DNA of 64,000 nucleotides from IMG/VR virus record IMGVR_UViG_3300021365_000003; one strand, 5' to 3'. Position numbers and translations under genes: made by a program. Positions 19,767 to 30,300 of this stretch are shown here, one piece after another. The notes beneath the pieces were generated by a model. That model was not told the origin of the DNA. It did not search any database and was given only the letters and a program-made list of their open reading frames with translations. The DNA is from a virus. The stretch's first letter is position 1. The number at the start of each line of letters is the position of its first letter.

Positions 19767-20036
19767 ATGAAAGAAGAAGAAAAGACAGAAAAGATCCGAG
19801 AGTTCATTCAGACTTTTGATGCTATTGAGCAAGAAATGGAACCCTACAAGGACGCAAAGCGAGATCTTCGTGCGAACTACAAAGAAAACGAATGGCTTAC
19901 CGGAGATGAGATGCGACTAGCAGTAAGGGCCTATCGTATGCTCAAGAAGGATGAAAACCTAGAAGAACTACAAGAAATGTATAGTAAGCTTTTGACTACT
20001 ATCTCAACAAAGCGAGGTTATTCAGATGCATCTTAA
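19767..20036 (+). CDS. Small DNA-binding protein, GapR/T4 DsbA-like
   Basis: IREFIQTFDAIEQE...DAKRDLRANYK...MR.AVR pattern resembles DUF2312/DsbA coiled coils. Confidence 0.55.
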   Translation: MKEEEKTEKIREFIQTFDAIEQEMEPYKDAKRDLRANYKENEWLTGDEMRLAVRAYRMLKKDENLEELQEMYSKLLTTISTKRGYSDAS

Positions 20037-20322
20037 CCCTTGCAATCGGTTCTTGCATATTTCATTGATTGAGCCTGAGCCTGAAAAAGAAACTAAAGAA
20101 GCAAAAGTGCTGCTTCCAGACGACTACCTGAAAGAAGTAAAACAAAGATACCGAACAGCTAGCCTTCTTGGTGTTGGAGAGCAGTGCACAGTGTTTTCTT
20201 CTAGCGACGTTGGTAGTACCTTGGTCGTAGTCGATACAACTATGATGGAAAGCTTTGTCGATCCAAGCGGAAAAGAGCAGTTTTTCATTCTAGAAAGTCA
20301 CATTTTAGGCACTTACCGATAA
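20026..20322 (+). CDS. groES: Co-chaperonin GroES-like
   Basis: 98 aa; LNP.NRFL.I, a mobile loop KVLLPD, LGVG, and C-terminal ILESHILG. Confidence 0.72.
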   Translation: MHLNPCNRFLHISLIEPEPEKETKEAKVLLPDDYLKEVKQRYRTASLLGVGEQCTVFSSSDVGSTLVVVDTTMMESFVDPSGKEQFFILESHILGTYR

Positions 20323-20331
20323 AGGAGATAA

Positions 20332-20670
20332 ATGAGAAAACTAATAGTAGTGGGTACCCTCTTATTGGCGCTAGGGTTTTCCCGTAAAGCAGCAGCCGAT
20401 TGTATTTGTTACGGTATTAACTGGCAATCAGACTATGAGTATGCAACTTTAGAATGCCTGCAGGATACCGATCCTTGTCAAATACCAGAAGTTATCGGAG
20501 AAGACAATAGAGTATGGGAGATCATTCCAATTGGAGAGTGGCCATCCGGCTTGACTGAGCTGGTCTGTGATCAACATACTTGTAGTGAATGCGGGACTGC
20601 TGTTTATGACTGTGATAATGTTAGACCATCAATGAGGCGACGCCTTGTTGATACAATCGAGGGTTGCTAA
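20332..20670 (+). CDS. Secreted cysteine-rich hypothetical protein
   Basis: Signal peptide ending AAA and multiple Cys residues. Confidence 0.65.
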   Translation: MRKLIVVGTLLLALGFSRKAAADCICYGINWQSDYEYATLECLQDTDPCQIPEVIGEDNRVWEIIPIGEWPSGLTELVCDQHTCSECGTAVYDCDNVRPSMRRRLVDTIEGC

Positions 20671-21374
20671 TGGAAATCAAAGATGAAACAATCTATTTGT
20701 ATGGAGATGAGATCGGAAGATGCGACTTTATACAATCATGGGGAAATGACATTATGGCTGTCAATGCGGCCAGAGCCTCATTTGGCGTTGAGAAAGAAGA
20801 TCTAGATGAAAAAGATAAAAAACTTATCAACTTTTTAGTGAAGCATAAACATACGTCAGTGTTTGAGCACGGCGGAATCACTTTTAGATGTGTTGTGCCT
20901 TTGTTTGTACGCTCTCAACATCATCGCCATAGGACTTGGTCTTATAACGAGATCTCAAGGCGATACACAAACGTCAACCTGCAGTTCTATGAGCCAGAAA
21001 GCTTTAGAACCCAGCATAAAAGCAACAGGCAAGCATCAAACGATAAAGATCTGATCAACCCAGAGCTACAACATTGCTTACGAACCCGAAGGGTCAGCGA
21101 TCACGTTCGGGTCCACCATGTTCAAAGTATTGAGCTTTTCGATACAATGATTGGAGCAGGAGTTTGTCGAGAACAAGCAAGAGGAGTACTGCCTCAGAAC
21201 CTCTACACAACTTACTATGCATCGGCTAATGTCTCAAACATTATAAAGTTCATTGGGCTTAGAGACAAGCCGGAAGCACAACAAGAGATTCGGGTGTTAG
21301 CACAAGCAATGAAAAAGTTCTTAGAAAGAGAGTTCCCACACACAGCAAAAGCAATGGAGGCTGGTTATGATTGA
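20670..21374 (+). CDS. thyX: Flavin-dependent thymidylate synthase
   Basis: H.SVFEH, RHRTWSYNEISRRY, REQAR.VLP and AQ.EIR motifs. Confidence 0.95.
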   Translation: MEIKDETIYLYGDEIGRCDFIQSWGNDIMAVNAARASFGVEKEDLDEKDKKLINFLVKHKHTSVFEHGGITFRCVVPLFVRSQHHRHRTWSYNEISRRYTNVNLQFYEPESFRTQHKSNRQASNDKDLINPELQHCLRTRRVSDHVRVHHVQSIELFDTMIGAGVCREQARGVLPQNLYTTYYASANVSNIIKFIGLRDKPEAQQEIRVLAQAMKKFLEREFPHTAKAMEAGYD

Positions 21375-21448
21375 TTATTTTATTTTTGGACTGACTGCAT
21401 CGTTCGTTCTCGTTTTTGGCTTTGCCTATCTTTCAGCACTGAAAGGGG

Positions 21449-22303
21449 ATGATTGAGTATGAATACGATGAAGTTGTTGTTGGGGGCAACATTTCTTCAT
21501 TGGTTTTTGCCATAGAAAATAAACTTCCAATCATCTCAACCCGATGGGAAGACTTTCAGATGTATGATAGATTAGAATACGATGAAAGATGGGTAGAAAC
21601 GTTTGATAAAGTGGGGATCCCAAGCGATCACTGGGAAGCCGATTATAAAACTCATACAAAAAAGATAATGAGTTCCGGCTTATCAGAGCTGCTTGGGATT
21701 CTTCATTTGTATCATGGAAGGCATTACCCAAAAATCTATTGCCCTTTCAACGATGGAATGTATTTCCACAAAGGAAAGATGAGGATTATCGCAAGCAACA
21801 AGTTTGACTTTCACGTAAAAGCCAACACATACCACGTTTTCGATGCTGAACAGATAAAAAACAAATCGTTTGAGGTCGAGAGCATCGAAAATAAAAAAGA
21901 GTTTCGAATAGTTGATTATCTTATAGCAAAGAAGCCACTGAGATATCCAGGCAATGGAGTTCAGGGCAATGACTTTTTTGTAAATGAGATCATCACAAAA
22001 AACGTTAGAGAACATTATGCGATCTCTTATCTAAACAGCCGTCAGATAAACAGACACAACTATGCTGACTATTCTGTTCGTTTCAAAGCACAAGACATAA
22101 TGAAGGCTGCCGGCATCACAGGATACGCTAGAGCAGACAAGCCACACCTTTTTCGTGGCATCTCATTAAGACCTCAAAAAAGAGAAATTTACTCTTTAGA
22201 GAAAAAAAATTATAAAAATGTGGATAATTTTCGCTTCCCAAACGTCCAACATAGATGGGGTGTTTGCGAAAGTTTACTAAAATTGGATTTACCGGCGCTA
22301 TGA
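21449..22303 (+). CDS. Hypothetical protein with a Rossmann-like N-terminus
   Basis: Begins YDEVVVGG; no further motif recognised. Confidence 0.55.
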   Translation: MIEYEYDEVVVGGNISSLVFAIENKLPIISTRWEDFQMYDRLEYDERWVETFDKVGIPSDHWEADYKTHTKKIMSSGLSELLGILHLYHGRHYPKIYCPFNDGMYFHKGKMRIIASNKFDFHVKANTYHVFDAEQIKNKSFEVESIENKKEFRIVDYLIAKKPLRYPGNGVQGNDFFVNEIITKNVREHYAISYLNSRQINRHNYADYSVRFKAQDIMKAAGITGYARADKPHLFRGISLRPQKREIYSLEKKNYKNVDNFRFPNVQHRWGVCESLLKLDLPAL

Positions 22304-23139
22304 CAGGACTAGGAACAGTAACAAACATGGTTGGAGTTATTCCTTCTTTTGACCGACGCATTGACTTTGGTTTTGAATGGGATGATTGCCTAACACCATT
22401 AGAACACGACTATACCCTTCTAGAAAGGTCGGTAATGGAGTGCGCAACTGTTGGATGTTCCAGTATTTGGATTTGTTGCGACCCTCACATGATTCCTCTA
22501 ACAAAAGAAAGGATAGGGGAGGTCGCATTAGACCCAGTTTGGGCAAGGCGGCCTTTTGAGAAAGAAGGATGGAAACTCAAAAGATATATTCCAATTTTTT
22601 ATGTGCCTATAAACTCAATGCACATAAACAAAATGGAGAGTGTTGCTTGGCAAATCATTTGGGCAGCACATTCATCTTATTATGTATCAAAGTTTATCTC
22701 AAAATGGACAACATACGATAAAGTTTATGTTTCTTCTCCTTTTGGGGTGTATGACTTTGAGGTCCTAAGAGAAAAGCGAGAGATCATCCGAAAAAACAAT
22801 GTCTTTTTACAATACGACAACAAAGACGCAACACACGACATACCGCTTGGTTTTTGTTTTACCGCAGAAGATTTTATCGAGTCCCGAAGAAACCTTCGTC
22901 GGCTTTTTACCGAAAAAGGCAAAGAAATATACGAAGAAGGAACAAAATGGGTCTTTGATAACATAAAAAACAAAGATTACGAGCTAATTACTATAGAGGA
23001 GTTTTATCCCCTAAGAACATTCCAAGATCTAAGAAACTATTATGGGTCCAGCCTAGCTTTTGATTATAAAAAGAAGAACTGGCTCGTACCAAAAGTTTGG
23101 TTTGACCGAACAAGCACAAAGGAGAATAAAAATGAATAA
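22300..23139 (+). CDS. Nucleotidyltransferase-fold hypothetical protein
   Basis: GVIP...L.P...TLLERSVMEC...GC..IWI resembles the N-terminus of NTP-sugar transferases. Confidence 0.45.
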   Translation: MTGLGTVTNMVGVIPSFDRRIDFGFEWDDCLTPLEHDYTLLERSVMECATVGCSSIWICCDPHMIPLTKERIGEVALDPVWARRPFEKEGWKLKRYIPIFYVPINSMHINKMESVAWQIIWAAHSSYYVSKFISKWTTYDKVYVSSPFGVYDFEVLREKREIIRKNNVFLQYDNKDATHDIPLGFCFTAEDFIESRRNLRRLFTEKGKEIYEEGTKWVFDNIKNKDYELITIEEFYPLRTFQDLRNYYGSSLAFDYKKKNWLVPKVWFDRTSTKENKNE

Positions 23140-23431
23140 GTTATTTGCTTTACTTTTAGCAACGTTGTTTATGACGAGTTGCGAAATCTATACTAACCAA
23201 GTTTACATGAGAGATCCAGTAGTCCCACATTATTCTTTTGATACGTGGTATGGGCCTGATTGCTATAACTCAGATCTTCAACATACAACGGGCTATGACT
23301 CACACGTTTGTAAGTGGCACTGCGCATCTTATGATGGCCAGTATAGAGTAAGCTTAGAGATTCGCTTTGAAGAGCAATACAATAACGAGTGGCGAATCAG
23401 AGAATACGTAAGTCCACATAACTGCTATTAG
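23132..23431 (+). CDS. Putative lipoprotein
   Basis: MNKLFALLLATLFMTSC is a lipobox-like signal. Confidence 0.65.
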   Translation: MNKLFALLLATLFMTSCEIYTNQVYMRDPVVPHYSFDTWYGPDCYNSDLQHTTGYDSHVCKWHCASYDGQYRVSLEIRFEEQYNNEWRIREYVSPHNCY

Positions 23432-23451
23432 CATATCCGGTATATCAGAAA

Positions 23452-23886
23452 ATGGCTATTGAAAGAACAAATCCAATCCACGCTAAAATGTTTATTTACA
23501 TTAGTCACATTCTTCCGCATATCAACGCTGGAAGGATTTGGATTTGTAGCACTACCCTTGCCTTGGTCCGAGCCGACGGAGAGGGCTGGTATGCCTATCA
23601 GGACCTTGCAAGACTAGCTGAAGAGTTTAGTCAAGGCAAAAAGAATGGAAAACAAGTAAAACAAGTGATTGATGACTTTGCTGAGGGTAAATGGAATACC
23701 AAGCTAAAAAAAGAAGCAAAGATTCTTTATACGAAGCTAGCCGAAAAAGCAAACAACAAGCTTCAAGACGCAACTTATTTTGTTTACGGAAGCTTTCCAC
23801 CTGACAACAAAGCACAACTAAGCACAGAGAATGCTAACTTTGTATTAGGGTTGGCGCTTCGAAAACTAGACGAACTGAAAAAATAA
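23452..23886 (+). CDS. Hypothetical protein
   Basis: 144-aa ORF in operon context. Confidence 0.65.
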   Translation: MAIERTNPIHAKMFIYISHILPHINAGRIWICSTTLALVRADGEGWYAYQDLARLAEEFSQGKKNGKQVKQVIDDFAEGKWNTKLKKEAKILYTKLAEKANNKLQDATYFVYGSFPPDNKAQLSTENANFVLGLALRKLDELKK

Positions 23887-24266
23887 TGATCAAGACAGAA
23901 GATCGAATAAAAAAGAACGGAGAGGTCTTCACACCTGACTGGCTAGTAAAAGAAATGTTAGGCAAGCTTCCAGAAGATGCTTGGGAACCAGATAAAACAT
24001 TCTTAGAGCCAGCAGGAGGCGACGGAAACTTTGTAGAGGCTATTATCAAAGAGAAAGTGTCACGAGGCCACGATCCGCACAAAGCACTACAAACCACATA
24101 CGCAGTCGAACTAATGGAAGACAACGTTATAAAAATGAAGTGGCGAGCAATCTTAGCAGCAGGTCTAAACGTTGATGATGAGGCGGCTAGGGAGATTGTA
24201 GACAGAAACATTCGACAAGGCAATTTCTTAGAGATTGATGATTTTGTTGAGTTTTTCAATGTTTGA
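23886..24266 (+). CDS. N6-adenine DNA methyltransferase, N-terminal (SAM-binding) half
   Basis: GEVFTP and FLEPAGGDGNF (motif I); stops before motif IV. Confidence 0.8.
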   Translation: MIKTEDRIKKNGEVFTPDWLVKEMLGKLPEDAWEPDKTFLEPAGGDGNFVEAIIKEKVSRGHDPHKALQTTYAVELMEDNVIKMKWRAILAAGLNVDDEAAREIVDRNIRQGNFLEIDDFVEFFNV

Positions 24267-25152
24267 CGTTATAGTTGGAAATCCACCTTATCAAGAAAAG
24301 AAAGCCGAGAACAAAACCTCAAAAAAGATCTGGGATAAGTTTGTTGATAGAACATTAGATCTCCTAAATAAAGAAGCTTATCTTTGCTTAGTCCATCCGG
24401 CTGGTTGGCGCAACTATGGAGGACGATGGAAAAAACTAGCCAACAAGATGTTAGAAAGAAAGTTTTTATATTTAGATATCAACGATGTAAAGGCCGGCAT
24501 CGCAACTTTCGACGTTCAGACAAGATATGACTGGTATGTCCTCCAAAACAAAGAAGCCGGCGGCGAGACACTGATCAAAGATCAAAACAACAAGGTATAT
24601 ACCTACGATATATCAAACTTAGATTTCATTCCCAGTGGTAAGTTTGAGGAGATCTTCAAACTAGTAGCCACCGAGCAGCAAGATACTGTAGAAATGATAT
24701 ATGATTCATCTTACCACAGTCAGCGTGAATGGATGAACAAAGAAAAGACATCAACGTTTGTTTACCCTTGTATAATAAACGTTGCCAAAGAAGATAAACT
24801 ATCATTATGGTGGTCGAAGCGCAAGAAAGGCCACTTTGGGGAAAAGAAAGTTATCTTCGGTAAACGAGGCGCCAATGTTCTTGTCGACGCCAAAGGAGAA
24901 TACGGCCTTTGCGAAGATGGTAGAGCAATTATTGATAAAGAATTAGCACTACCACTGGTCAAACAAGCAATGCAAAGCAAGAAGTTTGTTGAGCTAATGA
25001 AGTTTTGTGATGTTGGTGGTTTAAAAGTTACATACAACCATAGAGTTATCGCTTTGTTTCGAAAAGACTTTTGGAAAGAATTTATCGATGACAATGCTTT
25101 GTATCTGTATTACGCCCAGCAGAACGATGTCCTCGGAACGCTTGACTTCTGA
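24259..25152 (+). CDS. N6-adenine DNA methyltransferase, C-terminal half (Eco57I-like)
   Basis: Begins MFDVIVGNPPY (motif IV) in the +1 frame relative to the upstream half. Confidence 0.8.
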   Translation: MFDVIVGNPPYQEKKAENKTSKKIWDKFVDRTLDLLNKEAYLCLVHPAGWRNYGGRWKKLANKMLERKFLYLDINDVKAGIATFDVQTRYDWYVLQNKEAGGETLIKDQNNKVYTYDISNLDFIPSGKFEEIFKLVATEQQDTVEMIYDSSYHSQREWMNKEKTSTFVYPCIINVAKEDKLSLWWSKRKKGHFGEKKVIFGKRGANVLVDAKGEYGLCEDGRAIIDKELALPLVKQAMQSKKFVELMKFCDVGGLKVTYNHRVIALFRKDFWKEFIDDNALYLYYAQQNDVLGTLDF

Positions 25153-25170
25153 CCCTGGCCGTGGTACAAT
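25142..25170 (+). promoter_or_regulatory. Sigma70-type promoter
   Basis: TTGACT-17 nt-TACAAT; the downstream ACGGCTCT..CGTG.AAAAC is shared with the promoter at 31176. Confidence 0.75.
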
Positions 25171-25201
25171 ACGGCTCTGGCGTGAAAAAACGTAAATAAA
25201 T

Positions 25202-25231
25202 GTGGATAAGATCCTCGGCTCGTTCGTCTAA
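25202..25231 (+). repeat. 30-bp element, copy 2
   Basis: GTGGATAAGATCCTCGGCTCGTTCGTCTAA. Confidence 0.92.
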
Positions 25232-25315
25232 TAGATGAGCCCGCCGATTCTGGTGGCTCACTAGCTTACCCACCGCCCCGCCGACACCGGCCAATCGAAA
25301 AAAACGCACGTGAGT

Positions 25316-25345
25316 GTGGATAAGATCCTCGGCTCGTTCGTCTAA
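25316..25345 (+). repeat. 30-bp element, copy 3
   Basis: Identical core to copy 2; part of a 47-bp direct repeat with copy 4. Confidence 0.92.
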
Positions 25346-25385
25346 CAAATACACCGGCCTTAGCGCCCAAACCAAAGGAGAGAAA

Positions 25386-25964
25386 GTGTCATTGACAAAT
25401 AATCAAAAAGAGAGAATCAAGGAGAACTGGACGTCCTATGTTGATGAAGCTTATAAAGGGATGCTAAAAGAGAACGACACAAGAGAACTAGGGAAGTTTC
25501 TAGCACAAGCTAATGAATATTTTCAAAGAGATTGGATTAATTTTAATACAAGCTTACATGTTACTGCAGAGACTCTAGGAAACGACAATGATAAGAACCG
25601 GTCAGGGTATGATCTACTTTCTTTAAATAAATTAAGAATTCAAAGTAAATTTCGCTCCAGCACACTTCACTTAGAGTGCACCAGAAGGATCAGCAAGAAA
25701 AACACAGGGTCAGCTTCCGCTAGTGGGCATGTAGCCTATGGTGTTGATGAGGCAGATGTATTTGTGTTCACTCGCCCCCATGGTAATTATGAAGATCCTG
25801 AAAATGCAGAGATATTAGCGATTCCAGCTAAAGCACTAGAAGACCCAAAACACCCTGGCTTCTTGAAGAGAAGTGTTCCGAAGAAAGTTTATAAAGATTA
25901 TATCGGGAAAGCTAAAGAGGTTCTAGAAGAGTTAGAACGGGAGAAGCAGAATGAAAGAAAATAG
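25386..25964 (+). CDS. Putative restriction endonuclease (PD-(D/E)xK-like)
   Basis: GTG start with SD AGGAG; SGYDLL...RIQSK motif; adjacent to a methyltransferase. Confidence 0.5.
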   Translation: MSLTNNQKERIKENWTSYVDEAYKGMLKENDTRELGKFLAQANEYFQRDWINFNTSLHVTAETLGNDNDKNRSGYDLLSLNKLRIQSKFRSSTLHLECTRRISKKNTGSASASGHVAYGVDEADVFVFTRPHGNYEDPENAEILAIPAKALEDPKHPGFLKRSVPKKVYKDYIGKAKEVLEELEREKQNERK

Positions 25965-26916
25965 TTTTTTTGTAGGAGATTGCCTAGAAGCGATGAAGGG
26001 GCTAGAAGAAGAAAGTATTAGTATGGTCTATCTAGATCCTCCTTACAATACCGGTAGGAACTTTGGAGAGTTTGATGACAAGTTTGGATCTATGGCAGAG
26101 TATGCACAGGGGTTTTTAGCGCCAAGAATCAAAGAATGCCACAGGATCTTAAAGAAAGATGGCAACATTATTGTTCACGTAGAACCAAAAAACAGCCACT
26201 ATGTTCGTCTTGTTCTGGATGATGTTTTTGGTCAGAAACTATTCCGAAACGAAATAGCCTGGAAAAGTGGCGGAAATGCAAAAAACAAAAAGCAACTAGG
26301 AAGATATCACGATACAATAATCGTTTATTCGAAATCTAAAAAATCTATTTATAATCCCCTATATCTTCCGTATGATGAAAAATACAAGAAAAGGTCATCC
26401 GCAAAGAGATGTGAAAAAACAGGACGTTGGTTCGTTACGACAGCAATACATAATTCACAACCAGATGTAAACCCGAGAAAGAATTTGAGATATTCTTGGA
26501 ATGGGCATCATAAGCAGTGGTATGTGTTAGAAGAGAAAATGAAACACCTTCATCATAATGAAAGGTTGGTTTACAATGCTAAGGGTATACCTAGAATCAA
26601 AAGATACTTGGATGAGATGGACGGGATCCCAATAAAAGACTTGTGGTTAGACATTCCTCAAATACAAGGCAATGAGAAACTAGACTATCCAACACAAAAG
26701 CCCGTTAAACTATTAGAAAGGATTATCTATCTTTACAGCAATGAGGGAGACAGCGTGCTAGACCCCTTTGGAGGGTCAGGCACAACTGCCCGAGCCGCTT
26801 TAAACTTGGGTCGACAATATATGGTAATCGACGTCAACGAAAAAGCAAAAGAAGTTTTTCTAGAAAGTTTAGAACCACAACAAACAAAGAGGAAAAATGA
26901 GCTATGCAGCCAGTAG
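25951..26916 (+). CDS. Beta-class N4/N6 DNA methyltransferase
   Basis: GDCL, YLDPPY, YPTQKP..LLERII and VLDPFGGSGTT motifs. Confidence 0.93.
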   Translation: MKENSFFVGDCLEAMKGLEEESISMVYLDPPYNTGRNFGEFDDKFGSMAEYAQGFLAPRIKECHRILKKDGNIIVHVEPKNSHYVRLVLDDVFGQKLFRNEIAWKSGGNAKNKKQLGRYHDTIIVYSKSKKSIYNPLYLPYDEKYKKRSSAKRCEKTGRWFVTTAIHNSQPDVNPRKNLRYSWNGHHKQWYVLEEKMKHLHHNERLVYNAKGIPRIKRYLDEMDGIPIKDLWLDIPQIQGNEKLDYPTQKPVKLLERIIYLYSNEGDSVLDPFGGSGTTARAALNLGRQYMVIDVNEKAKEVFLESLEPQQTKRKNELCSQ

Positions 26917-26937
26917 TCCGAAAAAACGCACGTGAGT

Positions 26938-26967
26938 GTGGATAAGATCCTCGGCTCGTTCGTCTAA
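26938..26967 (+). repeat. 30-bp element, copy 4 (16 nt upstream of the tRNA)
   Basis: Identical core to copies 2 and 3. Confidence 0.92.
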
Positions 26968-26983
26968 TAGATGGACCCGGAAC

Positions 26984-27055
26984 GCCGCCGTAGCTCAACG
27001 GCAGAGCAACGCACTTGTAATGCGTAGGCTATCGGTTCAAATCCGATCGGCGGCT
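26984..27055 (+). tRNA. trnT: tRNA-Thr (anticodon UGU), CCA not encoded
   Basis: Acceptor GCCGCCG/CGGCGGC; D stem GCTC/GAGC; anticodon arm ACGCA-CTTGTAA-TGCGT; T arm ATCGG-TTCAAAT-CCGAT. Confidence 0.96.
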
Positions 27056-27069
27056 TTAGATAAGGAGGA

Positions 27070-27312
27070 GTGATGGCAGAACTAAATGATAGAACGGTGC
27101 GTGAATCAAGCTTGAATACACTTCGAAAGATGATGGACGCACCAAGAAAGAAGACAGAAAGAAAGAAGAATCTAAACAAACTGATTTCTGTTTTGATTAA
27201 AGAACTTAAACAAGACTTGGCAGAAGATGAAGAAATGAAGCTTTATTTTGCCTTGTCGAGAGCCCCAATCACAGAGATTAAGAAAACTCTCGTGTCTGGC
27301 GAAATTACATAA
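27070..27312 (+). CDS. Hypothetical protein
   Basis: 80 aa; SD AAGGAGG. Confidence 0.65.
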   Translation: MMAELNDRTVRESSLNTLRKMMDAPRKKTERKKNLNKLISVLIKELKQDLAEDEEMKLYFALSRAPITEIKKTLVSGEIT

Positions 27313-27323
27313 AAAGGAGAAGA

Positions 27324-30300
27324 ATGAAAGAAAGAACTGAATCAAAACTTAAATTTGTAAACTTACATGGGCACTCTTGTGTTGGATCTCCTTTTGACGC
27401 TCTAGGCTATCCGGATGAGCACATGGACTTCAGCTACAACAATGGGTGTGATGCTGTTGCTCTAACCGATCATGGAAACATGAACGGCTTTTCTCATCAA
27501 TACCTTCATTGGAAGAAGATGAAGAACGAAGGAAAAGAGTTTAAGGCCGTGTATGGGGTTGAGGCTTACTTCCATCCTTCGATCAAAGATTGGAAAGAAG
27601 AAAAGCTTCGTATCGAAGAAGACAAGAAGCAAGCAAAGAAGCTGGCCAAGGCTGAAGGAATGTCTATTGAGGATGAGGGATCGACTCGTTCAAGAAACTC
27701 TCCAATCAATCACCGACGTCACCTTGTGCTCTTGGCGCAGAACCAGACCGGTCTAAACAATCTTTTCTCGCTTGTCTCTAAGTCACACCAAGGGGACAAC
27801 TATTATCGATATCCCAGAATGGATTACGATCTTCTTCGTGAGCACTCCGAAGGGGTTATTGTAACTTCTGCTTGTCTTGGCGGATACATTGCTAAGATTA
27901 TGTGGCAGATGTTAGATCAATCTGATGAGGAGATCATCGCAGAAGCGGTAAGCCAATCCAAAGAAATGCTTGAGATCTTTGGAGAGCGATTCTTTCTAGA
28001 ACTACAGTGGAACTCTATCCCAGAGCAGCACAGACTAAACAAGATTATTATTGCTGTGGCTCAAGAACTAAACATTGAGCTTGTATCAACTGCGGATGCA
28101 CACTATCCCAGCCCAGAGCTTTGGAAGGACCGCTTGCTTTACAGGAACTTGGGTTGGATGAACAGAAAGTCCAATCCAGACTATGAGATCAGCATCCCTG
28201 AAACCTTAGAGGAAGTTGGGTATGAGCTGTATCCTAAGAATGGCGATCAGATGTGGCAGGCATACAAAGACTATTCTGCTGAAGTTGGAGAAACTTACGA
28301 TGATGATCTAGTCCGTGGTAGTATTGAAAGAACTCACTGGATCACACACGAACTGATTTCTGACTTTGAGCCGGATGCTGAAGTTCGCCTTCCTGACTTT
28401 GTTGTGCCGGAAAGTGAAACAGCTGATAGCCAGTTGGTGAAACTAGCGATTGAAGGAATGACAGAGTTTGGCCTCGCTGATAATGACGAGTATGTTGCCA
28501 GGATCCGTGAAGAGATAGAAGTAATCAAAGAGCGAGGTTTTGCAAAATACTTTCTTACAATGAAGGCAATTGCTGATAGAGCCAACGAGATGATGCTTTC
28601 AGGCCCAGGTCGTGGTTCAGCAGCAGGCTCTCTTTTGGCTTATGTGCTAAAGATTACACAGATCGATCCAATCAAGCACGGGCTTTTGTTCTCTCGTTTT
28701 ATGACGAAAGACGCAACAGACTATCCGGATATTGACTTTGATGTCTCACGCAGTATGGAGATCAAAGAAGTGTTGGCAAAAGAATGGGGTGAGGATTCGG
28801 TTGTACCAATCTCAAACTTCAACACTCTCAAACTAAGATCTCTAATCAAAGATGTCTCAAAGTTCTATGGTATTCCCTTCACAGAGGTCAACAAAGTAAC
28901 TTCTGTTATGATCAAGGAAGCCACGCCACTAGCAAAGGCAGCGCACGGTATGACTGCCGGTATGTATGTACCAACTTATGAAGAAACAGTTCTCTATTCC
29001 GAAAGCTTACAGAGTTTCCTAGCAAAGTATCCTGAAGTTGGTGAGCGCCTTAGTGCTTTATTAGGACAAGTCCGTTCTCTTTCTAGGCACGCCGGTGGTG
29101 TTGTTGTTGGAGACGATCTAAAGAAGTGGATGCCCCTTATCGCATCTGGTGGAGTTGTACAAACCCCGTGGTCAGAAGGACAAAACGTTCGCCACTTGGA
29201 GCCACTTGGCTTTATCAAGTTTGATGTTCTTGGCCTAACAACACTAGCCATTATGGAAGGTGCGATCTATCACATTCTTCGTAGGCATCACGGCATTGAA
29301 GAGCCAACGTTCGATCAGATCCGAGACTTTTATGATAAAAACCTTCATCCGGACAAGATCGATCTAGACGATGCAGAAGTATACAATGACATTTTCCAAG
29401 CAGGAAAGTGGGCCGGCATCTTCCAATTCGCCAATGAAGGAGCACAAAAGCTTTGCTCAAACTCAAAAGTAGAGTCCATTATTGATCTTTCCGCCGTGAC
29501 TTCCATTTATCGACCTGGGCCTCTTTCGGCTGGTGTTGATAAAGATTATATCGCAGCAAAGGAAAGCCCTCAGTACATCAAGTACGACCATCCAATCATT
29601 CGCACGATCTTGGAGCCAACATACGGCTTTATGATTTTCCAGGAGCAGATTGCTCAGTTGGCTGCTGAACTTGGAAAGGGCCTTACTCTTGATGATGGAA
29701 ACAAGCTTAGAAAGTTGCTTACAAAGAAGGGCCTCTCTGAAAAGAAGATGAAGGAGAAAGCAGACATTAAACAAAAGTTCTTGGAGGGCTGTTATGAAAA
29801 GGGTTATAAGGGCGGCGAAGAGCTTTGGAGAAAGTTTGAGTACTTCTCTGGCTACGGCTTTAACAAGTCTCACGCTGTTTGTTATTCTGTTATTAGCTAT
29901 CAGTGCGCTTGGCTTTATAAGTATTTTCCATCCGAATGGACCGCTGCGTTTTTGGATAACGAACCGGATGCGAAAAAGGAAGCAGCGATTGCGACAGCGA
30001 AAGGAGCAGGATTTAATGTAGAGAAGATCAGCATCAACTCTTCCGGTCGTTGCTGGGAAATCTCTCAAGATGGTCAAACTCTTTATCAGCCACTATCTTC
30101 TATCAAGGGGTTGGGTGACGCTGCTATCAATGAAATTATGGCTCATCGCCCATTTCACAAAGTAGAAGACCTTATCTTTTCAGAAGAGATTTCATACTCC
30201 AAGCTAAACAAGAAAGCGCTCGATGTTCTTTGTCGGGCTCAGGCTCTAAACTCTTTGGTCGATGAAAGGTTTACAGGACTGAAACACTTTTGGTCTGCTG

